A DNA stretch of 64,000 nucleotides, from positions 186,001-250,000 of the forward strand of contig NW_005201421.1 in the NCBI RefSeq assembly GCF_000372725.1. Direction: 5' to 3'. The notes under the pieces are model-generated. The model did no database searches and was not told the DNA's origin. It saw only the letters and a list, made by a program, of their open reading frames with translations. The DNA is from Emiliania huxleyi CCMP1516. Taxonomy: Eukaryota. A program made the translations under genes and the position numbers. This document shows, one piece after another, positions 44,155 through 55,900 of the stretch (position 1 is its first letter; the number at the start of each line of letters is the position of its first letter).

Positions 44155-44435
44155 ATGGGTTGCTCAAGTTCCAAAGCGCCCGAACCAGAGGCGGTTGGGT
44201 TCGACTTCACCGCTGCAGACCCGCCTGCCTTCCCGGTCTTCACGAGAGGTGCGTCTCGCTCGCAACTGTCGCCTCGTGCCTCCCCGTTCATTCGCTCTCA
44301 CTCCCTCGTGGCGAATTTTCAGATCAATTTCATGACGATCAAACTCTGAATGACTTGAACGAGAAGTCACTCGCAAAAGCCCAGGAGACAGCGGCAAAGA
44401 GCAGAGAGATTATGGCCAGGGCAACAGGTAGCTGA
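44155..44435 (+). CDS. Two-exon 68-aa protein with N-myristoylation/palmitoylation motif
   Basis: ATG 44155, MGCSSSK; GT-AG intron 44249-44322 joins VFTR to DQFHDDQ... in frame to TGA 44433-44435. Confidence 0.6.
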
Positions 44436-45276
44436 CTTCGAGGAGGAGCTCCGGGCTGCAATGACGAGACCTCCAATCACCGAAACAACAGCCCTGCCTC
44501 ACACCTTTCCCTTTGTACATGCATGCCGCTTGACTCGCTTTGGCACGCCCCGTTTGCTTTAAGCCCATGCCCCATGTCCGTGCGCCCCTGCCTCTTTCTC
44601 TTTCTCCCTGAAGTACTTCTCGAGAGTCTCGGGCGTGGCCGGCGCCGCCGCCGCGCGCTGGAGTCGACGGTCGGACTCGGGAGGCGAGACTGTGTCGGAG
44701 ACGTGCGAGGTACGAGAGAGTAGCGAGACCTGGGAAAGGGAGTCTCTTGGAACATCAGCTATCACTGCTGTACATTGGCATCATTCCTCTCAAACTCAAC
44801 TTCTCGTGTTGACTGTTGTTCTCTACTCTAGAGAGCACAGTTGTTTTAATCTATATACAAAATCCCAATTCTCATCTCTGCGATCTGGCTTTTCCGCCGG
44901 CGGTTCCGGAATACGCTTCCGCGAACCGAGGCTGCCCCCCAGCAGGCGTTTGACCAAATTCAATGTGACTCTTGTTTGTCTTGTACGGTGGAAAAAGGGC
45001 GAATCCGACACTGCGCTCTGCGCAGCAAGCGCAGGCGGGAAACGCCGCCTCCCTTCACCCCCGCGAAAGGGGCCCAACCCCCTCCGCCGCCCGCTCCCGC
45101 CGCTCGCGCTCTCGCTACGTCACTCGGGCTCGTTGCATTCCGCATCCGACTCGGGGCACGGTCTGAATGCCCCCCCGGCCCGCGTGCTCCGAGGCCCGAA
45201 CGCGACAGAGGTGAAGCAGGACGCCGAAGTCGTATACGACCGGCAGCAGGCCGGTGTATGACCTTCCAGGGGGCGG

Positions 45277-47888
45277 CTACGTGCCAAAGACGGCGATGGC
45301 GGCGCCCATGGCCGCGACCCCGACAGCCAGGGCGGCGAGCGGGCCATAGAGGCCCAGCCCGACAGGGACGGACCCGAAGAGCAAGGCGGTCGCGGCGGCG
45401 AGCAGCGCGTAGGGCGTGATTGTCGCAACGTGGGCCTGCAAGTCGCACCTCGTCGCGAGGACCTGCTCGCAGCGGAGGCGGCCGTGGAGAGACCGAGGAG
45501 CGGGGCAGGCGCCACCTCGGCGGCGGGCGCCGTCAGGATGGTCGTGTCCGAGATGGGGGAGCAGATGTTGCCGAAGGTTGCGCCGCCAAGGCAAGAGCCG
45601 ATGCAGTGGAGGAGGTACTCGCGGGAGCCGCCGCCGAGAGCCTGCGCGAGAGGCCCCACTAACGGCAGCACGATGCCTGTCGGGGAGAGAAAAAGACGTG
45701 GCGCGGGCCGGAAGAGCGGCAGGGCGGTGCCCGTCGTCCGGCTATATCTCGGCTATATCTCGGCCGCATCTCGGCTGCAACTCGGCTGCATCTCGGCTGG
45801 ATCTCGGCTGGATCTCGGCTGCATCTCGGCTGGATCTCGGCTGCATCTCGCCCATCGTCCCGAAGGAGGAGCCGGACGCAAACGAGATGGCGTGCGAGAG
45901 CAGCGCGACGATGGGAGGCAGCGACCAGCGCGGCAGCCCCTCGCGCAGCGAGCGGGCGAGGAATGTGGCGGTGCCGACGTCGGCGATGACGGCGCCGAGG
46001 GCCCACGCGAGCAGGAGGACAAGCATCGGCTCGAGGACCTCCTTGAGCCCCTCCGCCCACGCGGCCATCGCCTCGTCGAGCGCGAGCGCGCCTTGCGCGA
46101 GCACAAGCCCGAGGGCAGACAGCCAGCCGGCGGCGGAGGCCCAGATGAGGGCGGTGATCGAGTCGCTGTGGGACAGGATCGAGACGAGCGAGAGAGGGGG
46201 GCGGGACGCGTCGGGCAGCGACCGCACCTTCGCCGCGCCGTCGGCTAGCATCCCTCCGAAGGTTGCGAGGACGATCGTCCCAAAGGGAAGGAGGGCGTTG
46301 ACCGCGCGGAGAGGCGTCCCCGCCTTGGGGTCGAGCGGGCCGGGCCCTCCCTCCGCGACCGCCCCCTCCCCCTGCCCCTCCGCCCGCCCCCCCCCCTGCC
46401 CCTGCGCCCGCCTCTCTGCCGTGCGGCGGGGCGAGGAGCGAGGCTGGCGCGGCTTGAACTCTTGCCGGCCGAGCGGGCCGAGGTCCTTCTGCAGGAGGAT
46501 GGAGAGGGGGAGGGCGGCGAGGGCGAGGAGCGGGAAGAAGCGGTACCGCACCGACGACACCGCGGCGAGGAAGGGGTCGTCCACCTAATCTCGGGTCATC
46601 TCGGGTCATCTCGGGTCATCTCGAGCTGCACCGCGGAGGAATGGCTCGTCCACCGCCCCGATCTGCTTGAGGAGGGCGCCGACGTACCCGATCTGGAGCC
46701 CCGCCTAGGCGAAGCTCCGGGGAAGGCTCAGAGAAGCTTCCTAGGAAGCGGCCGCCGTGCCCGGCCTGCAGCTCGCCAACGAGGACACCATATCTCGGCT
46801 GTCTCTCTCGGCTGTCTCTCGGCTGTCTCTCGGCTGTCTCTCGGCTGTCTCTCGGCTGTCTCTCGGCTGTCTCTCGGCTGTCTCTCGGCTGTCTCTCGGC
46901 TCTCTCTCGGCTGTCTCTCGGCTCTCTCTCGGCTCTCTCTCGGCTGTCTCTCGGCTCTCTCTCGGCTGTCTCTCGGCTCTCTCTCGGCTGTCTCTCGGCT
47001 CTCTCTCGGCTGTCTCTCGGCTGTCTCTCGGCTCTCTCTCGGCTCTCTCTCGGCTGTCTCTCGGCTGTCTCTCGGCTGTCTCTCGGCTGTCTCTCGGCTG
47101 TCTCTCGGCTGTCTCTCGGCTGTCTCTCGGCTGCCTCTCGGCTCTCTCTCGGCTGTCTCTCGGCTGTCTCTCTCTCTCGGCTGTCTCTCGGCTGTCTCTC
47201 GGTTGTCTCTCGCCCAAGAGGAGACGGGCGAGACGCTTGCGAGGACGACGCCCATGGTGTGGACGAGCAGCGCGAGCCGCTCGGAAGGGACGCCCAGCGC
47301 CGCGATCGCCTCGCGCATCGACGTGCCCACGATGAGCACCGAGGAGTAGTCGTCGAAGAAGATGAGCGAGCAGAGAGCGCCGCACGCGCCGAGCCCGCTG
47401 CGCGCTGACGTCATGAAGCGGCGCAGCAGCGCGGCGAGGGCGAGGCCGCCGCCCGCCTTCTGGACGAGGCCGATGGTGCCGCCCAGGAGCAACGTGAAGA
47501 GCACCACGCCCGCGTGCTCGCGCTCCGCCAGCGCGTCCACAAAGTACGAATCAAACGTGCGCGCCGCGGCGAGCAGTCCGTTACCGCGATGGACGAGGAG
47601 CGCGCCGCTCCACACGCCGAGGAGGAGGGCGAGAATTACCTGCCGCAACGCCACCGACGCGGAGAGCGCAACCACCGGAGGAATCAGCGAGAGCCAGCCG
47701 AGGTTTGGCGCTGCGGCAGCATCGCCACCTCGCAGCCGCCACAGAGGGACAGAGGCCGGAGCTGCAAGTGTGCCGTCGCGGGTCAGCGCAGGTGCCACTG
47801 CTCGAAGCAGCGGCGGGCGAAGCGCGGCCTCGCCCGCGGCGGCCGAGAAGCAGAGGGTGGCGGCGCAAAGCCAGTGTATCGGCCTCAT
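45277..47888 (-). CDS. Multi-exon Na+/H+ antiporter, NhaC family, with signal/targeting peptide
   Basis: WLSLIPPVVAL, IFFDDYSSVLIVG, SPVSSW/AGLQIGY, SFASGSSFGTMG/I, GGATFGNICSPISDTTIL; introns 45677-45851, 46585-46653, 46705-47213 and ~45463-45530. Confidence 0.9.
46795..47212. repeat. Intronic 11-bp satellite (CTCTCGGCTGT)n
   Basis: About 37 tandem units inside the NhaC intron. Confidence 0.95.
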
Positions 47889-47995
47889 GAAAAAACCGGG
47901 CGGCAAAAACCTGCGACGGAAAAGAATTCTGAATTCTCGCGATTTTAGGAGAGGAGTAAACCGCACGCAAGAATGCGGAGGCGGTGTGTGTGTGC

Positions 47996-47998
<3 letters not shown>

Positions 47999-48082
<84 letters not shown>
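47999..48082. repeat. (TG)n microsatellite
   Basis: About 42 perfect dinucleotide units. Confidence 0.98.
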
Positions 48083-48084
<2 letters not shown>

Positions 48085-48145
48085 GCCCCGCAACGTCAGG
48101 CCGATTTGGGCGGTCCTCGTTGTCCTCATCACAACATTGCACATC

Positions 48146-49081
48146 ATGGCTCCGCCGTTCGGCCTGTTCGACTTTAGCCTCGACCGCTCGCCGATCGTCA
48201 TGGCCTACGGCTGCATGCGGCGCCAGGATCGCGCGTTCCACAACACGACGCATGCCTGTGGCGGCTCTAGCGGCGAGGATCCAGTGTGGCGGCTTGGGAC
48301 GGCTCTGCACGACGCGCTGCACATCGTCCTGCTGTGCTGCGTGATAGTCGGCTTCGGTGCGTGCATGCCTCGACGGCGCTCGTGGCTCAGCGCCGTCGGC
48401 AATGACTCCCTGTGGTGCTACCTCTTGCACATTCCGCTCACGCCGTTGGTGCAGTCCGCCACGGTCGTCGTGCTGCTCGACCTCGTCGATCCGGAGCCCA
48501 CCTCGCCTCTGCGCGGCCTCGCGTTCCTCGCGCTCGTGGTCTATCTCCAGTTCCTCCTCTCACGCCGTCCCGATATTGCCAGCGTGTCGCGATTCTTTCA
48601 GCCAATCTTCCAGCTCTGGAGCTGGACGAGAGGGATCCGCGCAGCATCGCGGCGTCCAAGTTGGCAGCAGATTGGAGCGGCGATCGCCGCCCTTCTCTGT
48701 ACGTCTCTTGCCGCCGCCAGTTGCATCTTTGCCATTGCGACCCGCACAGCGCCGGTAGCGCCGACGATCCCCGGTCCGCCTGCCTTGCGAATCGTGCAGC
48801 AGCAGCCTGGCGGCCTAGTCCCCGGCGCAGCGGTACCGCTAGCGTCAGCGCCCGAACCGGAGGCGCCAAAGACCTTACTTGATCTGGTCACATCACCCGC
48901 ACCGCCTCCGCGAGGGCCACGGCTGAGGCACTCGCATCCGCTTCCGAAGCCGAGGGACGCGCGCGCTGACTTTGCTACTGACAAGCTCGTCAGTAGAGGC
49001 ACCAGCAGCGACCACGAGAGAGATGCAAAGCCGCCGCGCCAAAGCTCCCAATCCACGAACAGGTCGAGCAGTTTTCGATGA
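48146..49081 (+). CDS. Membrane protein resembling the C-terminal part of acyltransferase-3 family proteins (possible fragment)
   Basis: MPRRRSWLSAVGNDSLWCYLLH resembles the Acyl_transf_3 C-terminal L..+G..SL..YLLH motif; several TM segments; N-terminal half of family absent. Confidence 0.45.
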   Translation: MAPPFGLFDFSLDRSPIVMAYGCMRRQDRAFHNTTHACGGSSGEDPVWRLGTALHDALHIVLLCCVIVGFGACMPRRRSWLSAVGNDSLWCYLLHIPLTPLVQSATVVVLLDLVDPEPTSPLRGLAFLALVVYLQFLLSRRPDIASVSRFFQPIFQLWSWTRGIRAASRRPSWQQIGAAIAALLCTSLAAASCIFAIATRTAPVAPTIPGPPALRIVQQQPGGLVPGAAVPLASAPEPEAPKTLLDLVTSPAPPPRGPRLRHSHPLPKPRDARADFATDKLVSRGTSSDHERDAKPPRQSSQSTNRSSSFR

Positions 49082-49488
49082 TGATTCGGCGCCCCTTCTC
49101 TGGTCGGATCGCGTTCAGACATTGCTGCACACACACGCGCGCACACACACGCAACTTGGGCAAGCCGATAAAGCCGCCCAGGGTGTGTGTGTGTGCGCGT
49201 GCGCGGGCCGCTATGTGCGCGCCTGTGGCGCGGGGGGGGGGGGGGGGGCTCCGGCCTCCGGCCTCTGCAATTTCACTGCGATCCCCGTCCCTTCCTCTTC
49301 CCTCTTTCTTGTAAAACTTGTGATTGAGCTCGCTTCTTTTACATCGATGTCTCGCACAAACGTGAAACGATGTCGCGAGCTACGCGGAGGTCAGTACGGC
49401 TCTAGAGAAGAGACTCTCTCACGGCGTTCACGGGTTGTGTCCTCTGCTTGGTGCGAACGTTGCACCAACCTTCTTATCCACGCCGTGA

Positions 49489-52400
49489 TTACTCGCCGAA
49501 TAGTGCGCGAGTGAGGGCGTCGGCGCGCGCGACGTAGCCCTCGGGCGGCTGTAGCCCGATGGAGGCGCACGCTTGATCGAGGATGACTGGGATCGGCGCC
49601 TAAGCACAATCCGATGGGCGAGGTGAGGCGGGGGGGGACATCGGCGGAAGGGGTGGTTGAGAGGCACGCCTCTTGCAAGCCGAGGGCGTTGCGTATCCGT
49701 CGCGCCTTGGCAACCAGTCCGCCGCTGCTGCCTTCTCCCTCAGTGCCTCCACCGCTGCCACCTCCTCTGCCACTGCCGCTGCCTCTACCGCCCCCACCAC
49801 CGCCACCGCTACTGCCACTACCGCCGCGGCCCCCTCCAGACGTCCCGGGAGTGCCGTTGCTCCCATCTCTCTTCGCGTTCCCGCCCTCACGCTTCGGCGT
49901 GACGAACCCGCTCGAGACTGGCGTGGGCGTGCCGCCATCGCAGCTGCTGCCGTCGGGCGAGGCGGCAGCACGGCGGTGCGTCGGCGGCGGCTCCGCGTCG
50001 AAACACTTGGTGGGGCTGGCGCCCGGTGTGCGGGCACCCGGCGGTGGCACCGGCGCGCGCGCCCTCTCGCCGTCCGCCGGGCCGGCGCCTCGCGCCGCGG
50101 CGGCCCACCCGTTGGCTGCCTCGCCCTGAGGCGGCCAGGCGTTGACCGGCTCGACGGGCCACCGGGCGGGGCCGAGCCCTCCACTCGGGCCGGCGAGGCT
50201 GCGGTTGATGCCCCCTTCCGCCGAGCTCCACCCGGGGCCGTAGGCGGAGGCGCCGCCCTGAGGCACGCCCGTCTCCTCGGCACGGCACTCCTCCTCCAGC
50301 TCGAGCCTGCAGGCGCGCGGCAGGCACCACGCAGTGAGCCCTGGTCGCCTCGCAAGCCTCGGGGGGGAGGGAAAGGGGAGAGAGGGGGGGGGGGGGGGGG
50401 ACGCCTCGCTCCCTCGAGAAGCCCGAACAGCTCCTCTTCGTCCCGATCCGCTGCGGCACGCTCAGCCTCGCGCTCGGCGGCTGCAGCCGCAGCAGCGGCC
50501 GCAGCTGCGGCCGCCTCCTCCGCCTGCTTGACGCGCCGCGCCTCCGCCTCCGCCTCGGCCCTCTCCCGCTCGACCGCCTGCGCGCGCGCCGCCGCCTGCC
50601 GCGCCTCCTCCGCCGCCTCCCTCCTCGCGCGCCGCTCCGCCTCTTGCCGCTCGTCCTCCCTCTGGATCCGCGCCTGCTCGTCACGCGCGGCCGCCTCCTC
50701 CGCCTGCCGCGCCCGCTCGGCGGCGCGCGACGCCTCGGCCTCGTCCGCAGCCTCGTCCTCCTCCTCCCCCTGCCCCTCCTCGCCTCGCCCCTCCTCGCGC
50801 GCGCGCGACGCCTGCGCCGCCGCCTCCTGCGCCGCCGCCTCTAGAGCCGCCTCGCGCCGCGCCTTCTCCTCGGCGCGCTTGCGCTCCTCCTCCTTGCGCG
50901 CGGCCTCGAGCTCCTTCTGCTGCCGCGACGCCGCCTCCGCCGCGGCGGTCTCCTCGGGTGTCTCCACCACCCCCTCCACCTCCACCTCCTCCTCCGTCGT
51001 CTCGCCGCTCTCGCCTGCGTTCGGGGGCGGGGCGAGGCGGTGTGGGAGCCGTGGGGAGGGGGAGGGAGGGGAGGGGGTGGAGGGGGAGGGAGGGGGGGAG
51101 GGGGGGGGGGGGCTCGTTCGCCACCCGTTGACCACGCGCGCACGTGCGGCTGGAAAGGGGGGAGCGGGGGGGGGGGGGGGGGGGGGCCAAAAAAGGCCCC
51201 GGCCCCGGGGGCTTTCCCCCCGGGTTGGGGCCCCCCCCCGGGGGGGGTTTTGCTTCCCCCTCCCCCCCCACGCCGAGGGGGTTTTTTTTTTTTTTTTAAA
51301 AAAACCCAGGCCCCCCCCTTTTTTTTGGGGCGGGCCCCCCCCCCCCGGGGGGGAAAAACCCTTCCCCCCCAGGGGCCGGGAGGGGGGCCTTTTGAAGGGG
51401 AACGCCCCCGTTCCCGTTCCCGTTCCCGCAAAAAAAGGATTTTGGTTTTGCCAGGGCCCCCAAAGGAGGGGGGGGGGGGGGGGGAACCCCGGGGGGTTCC
51501 CCCCAAAGGGGGGGGGGGGTTTTTTCCCCCCCCCCCCCCCCTTTTTTTTTTGCCTTTTTGGGCCCCTTGGGCCTTGGGGTTCCGGNNNNNNNNNNNNNNN
51601 NNNNNNNNNNNNNNNNNNNNNNNNNNNNNNNNNNNNNNNNNNNNNNNNNNNNNNNNNNNNNNNNNNNNNNNNNNNNNNNNNNNNNGTCCGGGAGGCATCG
51701 GCTCGAGGTTGGCGACCCGCAGCGCGAGCGGCTTGGGCTCGCCGTCCACCCGCACGCCGACGCGGCTCTTCTTCGCATCGTACGACAGCACGAGCCCGCG
51801 CCTGCTGTTGAGGTCGGGCCGACCCACCAGCGAGTGCAAGAGCACGTACGCCCCAGGAGCCGGCACGGGCGCCTCTGCACCGGCACCGCCCCCGCTCCCG
51901 CTCCCGCTCCCGCCACAAACGGCATCGGGCTCGGCCAGGGCCTCCGAGGAGGAGGCGGCGGCGGCGGGAACCGCGGCGGGCTCCGGCGCAGGCGGCGGCG
52001 GCGGCTGCTCCGCCCCGCCGCCCCTCTTCTTCTTGCCCTTTTTGGCCGCCTTGCGCCTCGCGCTCCGCGCCGACGCCTCCTCCTCCTCGGCGAGCAGCGA
52101 GGCGGCGACGGCCTCGGCAGTCACCTCGGCGTCGGTCGGCCGGCGGCACGTGATCGTCGGCTGCGCCGGCCAGCCGTCCTTGCCGTCCGACGCGTTCCAC
52201 ACCTGCCTCGACTGGTCGGGCGACACGCACCCCGCGTCGAAGAGCTCGAGCCATCCGTCTGCGCGGCCGAGGTTGACTCGCTCCTGCGCTAGCCACGCGA
52301 CGCCGTCAAAGGCGAGGTAGCGGTCCTCGTGCGTCGCGTGCTTCCAAACTGGCCTCGCGTTGACTTGCTTGTGAATCCCCGCCGCGCCGCCGCCCGCGCC

Positions 52401-54717
52401 GCCTCCGCCCACAGCCGGGCTCGGCGGAGGCGACTCGTGCACGAGGTTGTACCACCCGAGGCAGGCGGCCGCCTACGGCGAGCCGCAGAAAGGGTCGGGG
52501 AGGCGAGGGCCGGAAGTGGTGTGCGCGAGAGCAGGCCCGCTCCTCCGGGTGAAGCTTGCGGCCGCCCTCGAGCAAGAGAGCAGGCGGCGGGGTGAGAGCC
52601 TCGTCCAGCTCCGCGTCGGTGCGCGAAAAGCAGCGGATCGAAGGCTGCGCGGACCACGCCCGCCCGTCCCACACGCGCCACGCCTGCCTCGACCCTGGCG
52701 GGGTGAAGCACGAGACGCATGGCAGGTGAAGCCACCCCTTGGCGTCGCCCACGTTCGCCTTGCCCTGGCACCACCAGCTCGACTCGCTGAACGAGATCCA
52801 CCTAAGTGACCGGGCCCATTCGTGAAGAACTAACGGCTCATTCATCATCAGCTCGACTCGCTGAGCGAGACCCACCGGTCCTCATGCACCGCGTGCACCC
52901 ACACCGGCCGCTCCGCCCTGTCCGCACCCACACTCGAGCGGCTGATGCTGCCGCCGCCGTCGCCGCCGCCACTCCCGCCGCCGCCGCCGCCGCTGCTGCC
53001 GCCACCACTCTCGCTGCCGCCGCCGCCGCTGCTGCCGCCGCTGCCGCCGCCGCCGCTGCTGCCGCCGCTGCCGCCGCCGCTGCTGCTGCCGCCGCTGCCG
53101 CCGCTGCCGCCGCTGCCGCCGCTGCTGCCATTACCGCCGCCGCAGCTGGTACCGCCGCCGCCACCGCCGCCGTCGCTGCCGCCGCAGCTGTCGCGAGGTT
53201 CGCCCTCGGAGGAGGCTGGGTCGGCGGGGGCCGGCTTGGGGGGGGCGGGGCTGGAGGAGAGGCGGTACCAGCCGAGGCACGCAGCGGCCGTGTCGAGCTC
53301 GAGCGTCGAAGAACACTGCAGCAGCAGCGCGGGAGGAGGGACGCGCGCGCGGCGGAGCGACTCGTCGCTGTGCGCCTCGCAGCGCAGCGTCGGCTGGTCG
53401 TCCCACCGCTTACCGTCCCACGCCTGGTACAGTCATTGACAATCAATCAATCACTCGCGTGCTCCTCCTCTCGCCCACCGCCGCGCCGCCGAACCTTCCA
53501 GCGCTGCCGCGACGCATCGGGGGAGACGCAAGAGCCGTCGATCAGCTGCAGCATCCCCTTGGACTGGCCGAGGCACCTAGACGAGAGAGGCGTCCGCACG
53601 ATGAGCGGGGAGGCTGCGAGGAGCACGCTCCGTGGACAGGCCGACGCACTCAGTCAGCTGGCAGAGCCAGCGCGAGCCGTCAAACGCAAGCCACCGGTCC
53701 GCGTGGACAGCGTGCCGCCACACCGGCCTCCCGGACACGCGCCGCTCCGTCAGCGTGTACCAGCCGAGGTCCGACGCCGCGGGCGAGGCGAGCGTCTCGC
53801 TGCAGTCGAGCAGCAGCGCCGGCTGCGGCTCCAGCGCCGCGGCGAGCTCCTCCGCCGTCGCCGCGGAGCAGGTGAGCAGTGGCTGCGAGAGCCAGACACG
53901 CCCGTCCCACATCTTCCACACCTGCGCGAGGGCGGGCGGGCTCGGGAGACCTCCCTGGGTGCCGTCTCTCGGCAGACTCCCATGTTCCGGCAGAGTCCCG
54001 TCTCTCGGCAGAGTCCCATCTCTGCCGGAGTCTTTATCGCCCGCGCACCTGCGCAGAGACGGGCGGCGAGGGAGACGAGAGGCAAGGAAGCTGCAGCCAG
54101 CCGACCGAGGCGCCGAGGTTGCGCTTTTCCTGCGCCCACCAGCCCGAGTCCGAGCACGAGATCCACCGGTCCTCGTGCACCGCGTGCACCCACACCGGGC
54201 ACTGCGCGAGCCGCGGCAGCTTGTCGCTCGCCTCGGGAGGGAGGTCGGCCCACTCGCACAGCCGCTTGTCGGAGAGGCGGTACCAGCCGAGGCAGTCGAC
54301 GGAGACGTCGAGCGGCAGCGGGCGGGCGCTCTTAAGGTGCAGCGCCTCTGGCGGCTCCATCGCCGCCGCGAGCTCCTCGGCAGTCTTGGCCGTGCAAGTG
54401 AGCGTCGGCTGCACCGTCCACCCGGTGGCAGAGTGCTCGCGCGGTGACTTCCAGGGCATCAGGCTGCGGTCGGGCGAGCCGCACTTTGGGTCGCTGAGCT
54501 GCAGCATCCCTCGCGCCTGCCCCAGGCAGTCGGTAGTCTGGCAGAGCCACGCCTCGCCGTCAAAGGCGAGCCAGCGGTCCGCATGCACTGCGTGCCGCCA
54601 AACCGGGCGGCTAGCTACCTTCCGCTCGTCAAGGGTGTACCAGCCGAGGCTGGACAGCGCGGAGGACGTCAGCCGCTCGCCGCCCTCGACCAGAAGAGCG
54701 GAGGGTGGTCTGGGCAT
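49489..54717 (-). CDS. Large multi-exon protein: five ~115-aa Trp-rich repeats, basic patch, SH3-like barrel, coiled coil, small C-terminal helical domain; spans a gap
   Basis: Repeat LL......LGWY.L.....PVW.HA.H.DRW+.F....W..Q...LG...G.L.L.......P......W......W..QP.+.C x5; VLLHSLVGRPDLNSRRGLVLSYDAKKSRVGVRVDG...LRVANL; LVAKARRIRNALGLQE/APIPVILDQACASIGL...ADALTRALFGE stop TAA 49489-49491; continuity across gap inferred. Confidence 0.65.
52944..53190. repeat. (GCC/GCT)n trinucleotide tract
   Basis: About 80 GCN triplets inside the repeat-protein gene. Confidence 0.9.
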
Positions 54718-54972
54718 ATGGCCTGCGGCTGTCGACGCCTCTCCGTGTCCGGGTGTGAAGACAAGAAACCCGTTCGTAGTCTAGCATTACAAAAGACTTT
54801 CTGCAACAGTGCAGTGAGGAGTTCAGGCCTGGGCCCGCAACTCTCCGGCGCAGGCCGCGAAAACCGAGTCAATAAATAAAACGCACCCCACAAACGAGAC
54901 GAGTGCCACCGCATTTTCTTTTCTTCTCGGCAAGGGGCCGCTGCCTTTTGCACTCGGAAATTCTTCTCGGCA

Positions 54973-55486
54973 ATGCACTCACTGGCGCCTCTTGTGGCGC
55001 GACACCGCTCCGACAGAGCAGCGCGCTTAAACGCACCGAGAGCATACCGTGTAGGTCCGAGACCTCTACCGCCGCATCATCACGGTGGGCGCCGACTATC
55101 CAGCCGGTTTGCCGTACGTTCGCGAGCGCGCAAAGCGAGAGTTTGCGAAGCGGCGACACCTGACGGACGAGGTGGAGATCAAACGCGCGATCAATCTGGG
55201 CCGCTTTATGGTGAAAGAGGTGCGGAGCGGCGCAGAGAGGGCGAGGAGAGGCGGGAAGTGGCGGGGCGGGAAGTTTGCAGAGAGGGTGAGGATAGGTGGA
55301 AGATGGCGGGACGGGAGGGCAGTCAGGGCAGGGCACTCATACCCCACCCCTCCCCGCCCTCTACTCGCGCAGATGGTGGGCGTCATACGACTGAAGAAGT
55401 ACCGCGTGCTGAAACAAAGATATGTCGACGCCGAGCCGCCGGAACCAGCAACGCCTCTGCCACCAGATCAGCGTGAACCCGCGTAG
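54973..55486 (+). CDS. LYRM5: LYR-motif protein, LYRM5/ETFRF1-like (3 exons)
   Basis: Spliced MHSLAPL/VRDLYRRIITVGADYPAGLPYVRERAKREF...GRFMVKE/MVGVIRLKKYRVLKQRY; G.DYP.G and L+KYR.+KQRY are LYRM5 hallmarks; introns 54994-55054 and 55220-55372. Confidence 0.85.
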
Positions 55487-55811
55487 CTTTGTTTTGACAC
55501 ACACACATTGAAAGAAGAACAAGCGATTGTCTATGCGCGGGAAGCAGTGGAAGAGTGTGCGAAAGGCTACTCGCAGTTCGCACGTCGCAGCGCCCGGCGC
55601 CGCCGCACGGCGCCCCTCAGCGCGCGCACATGCGCGCGTGTCGGTCGTCTAAAATGACTAATTGAGGTGTCGTCTCCCGGTCGCGGTGTCCAGACGTGTG
55701 GCGCGCGGGCGCGCTTGCACGCGTCTCCGCGCACCGAATCTCGCTTCAGCTATATGAAGTGATCGCTCTCCTCCTGGTCTAAGATTCTGCGCGCGGTGTC
55801 CTCTCTCCTCT

Positions 55812-55852
<41 letters not shown>

Positions 55853-55900
55853 ACTCTCTCTCTCTCTCTCTCTCCCCCTCTCTCTCTCTCTCCTGGATAC

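Noticed and set aside
46462..47385. ORFs with RDSRETAERQP / LSAVSRLSLGC repeats
   Set aside because: Translations of an intronic 11-bp satellite
51160..51585. Homopolymer-rich G/C/A/T stretch giving Gly/Pro/Lys/Phe-rich ORFs
   Set aside because: It is a garbled version of the sequence after the gap (CCCCGTTCCCGTTCCCGTTCCCGC vs CCCCGCTCCCGCTCCCGCTCCCGC at ~51890); typical low-quality read end
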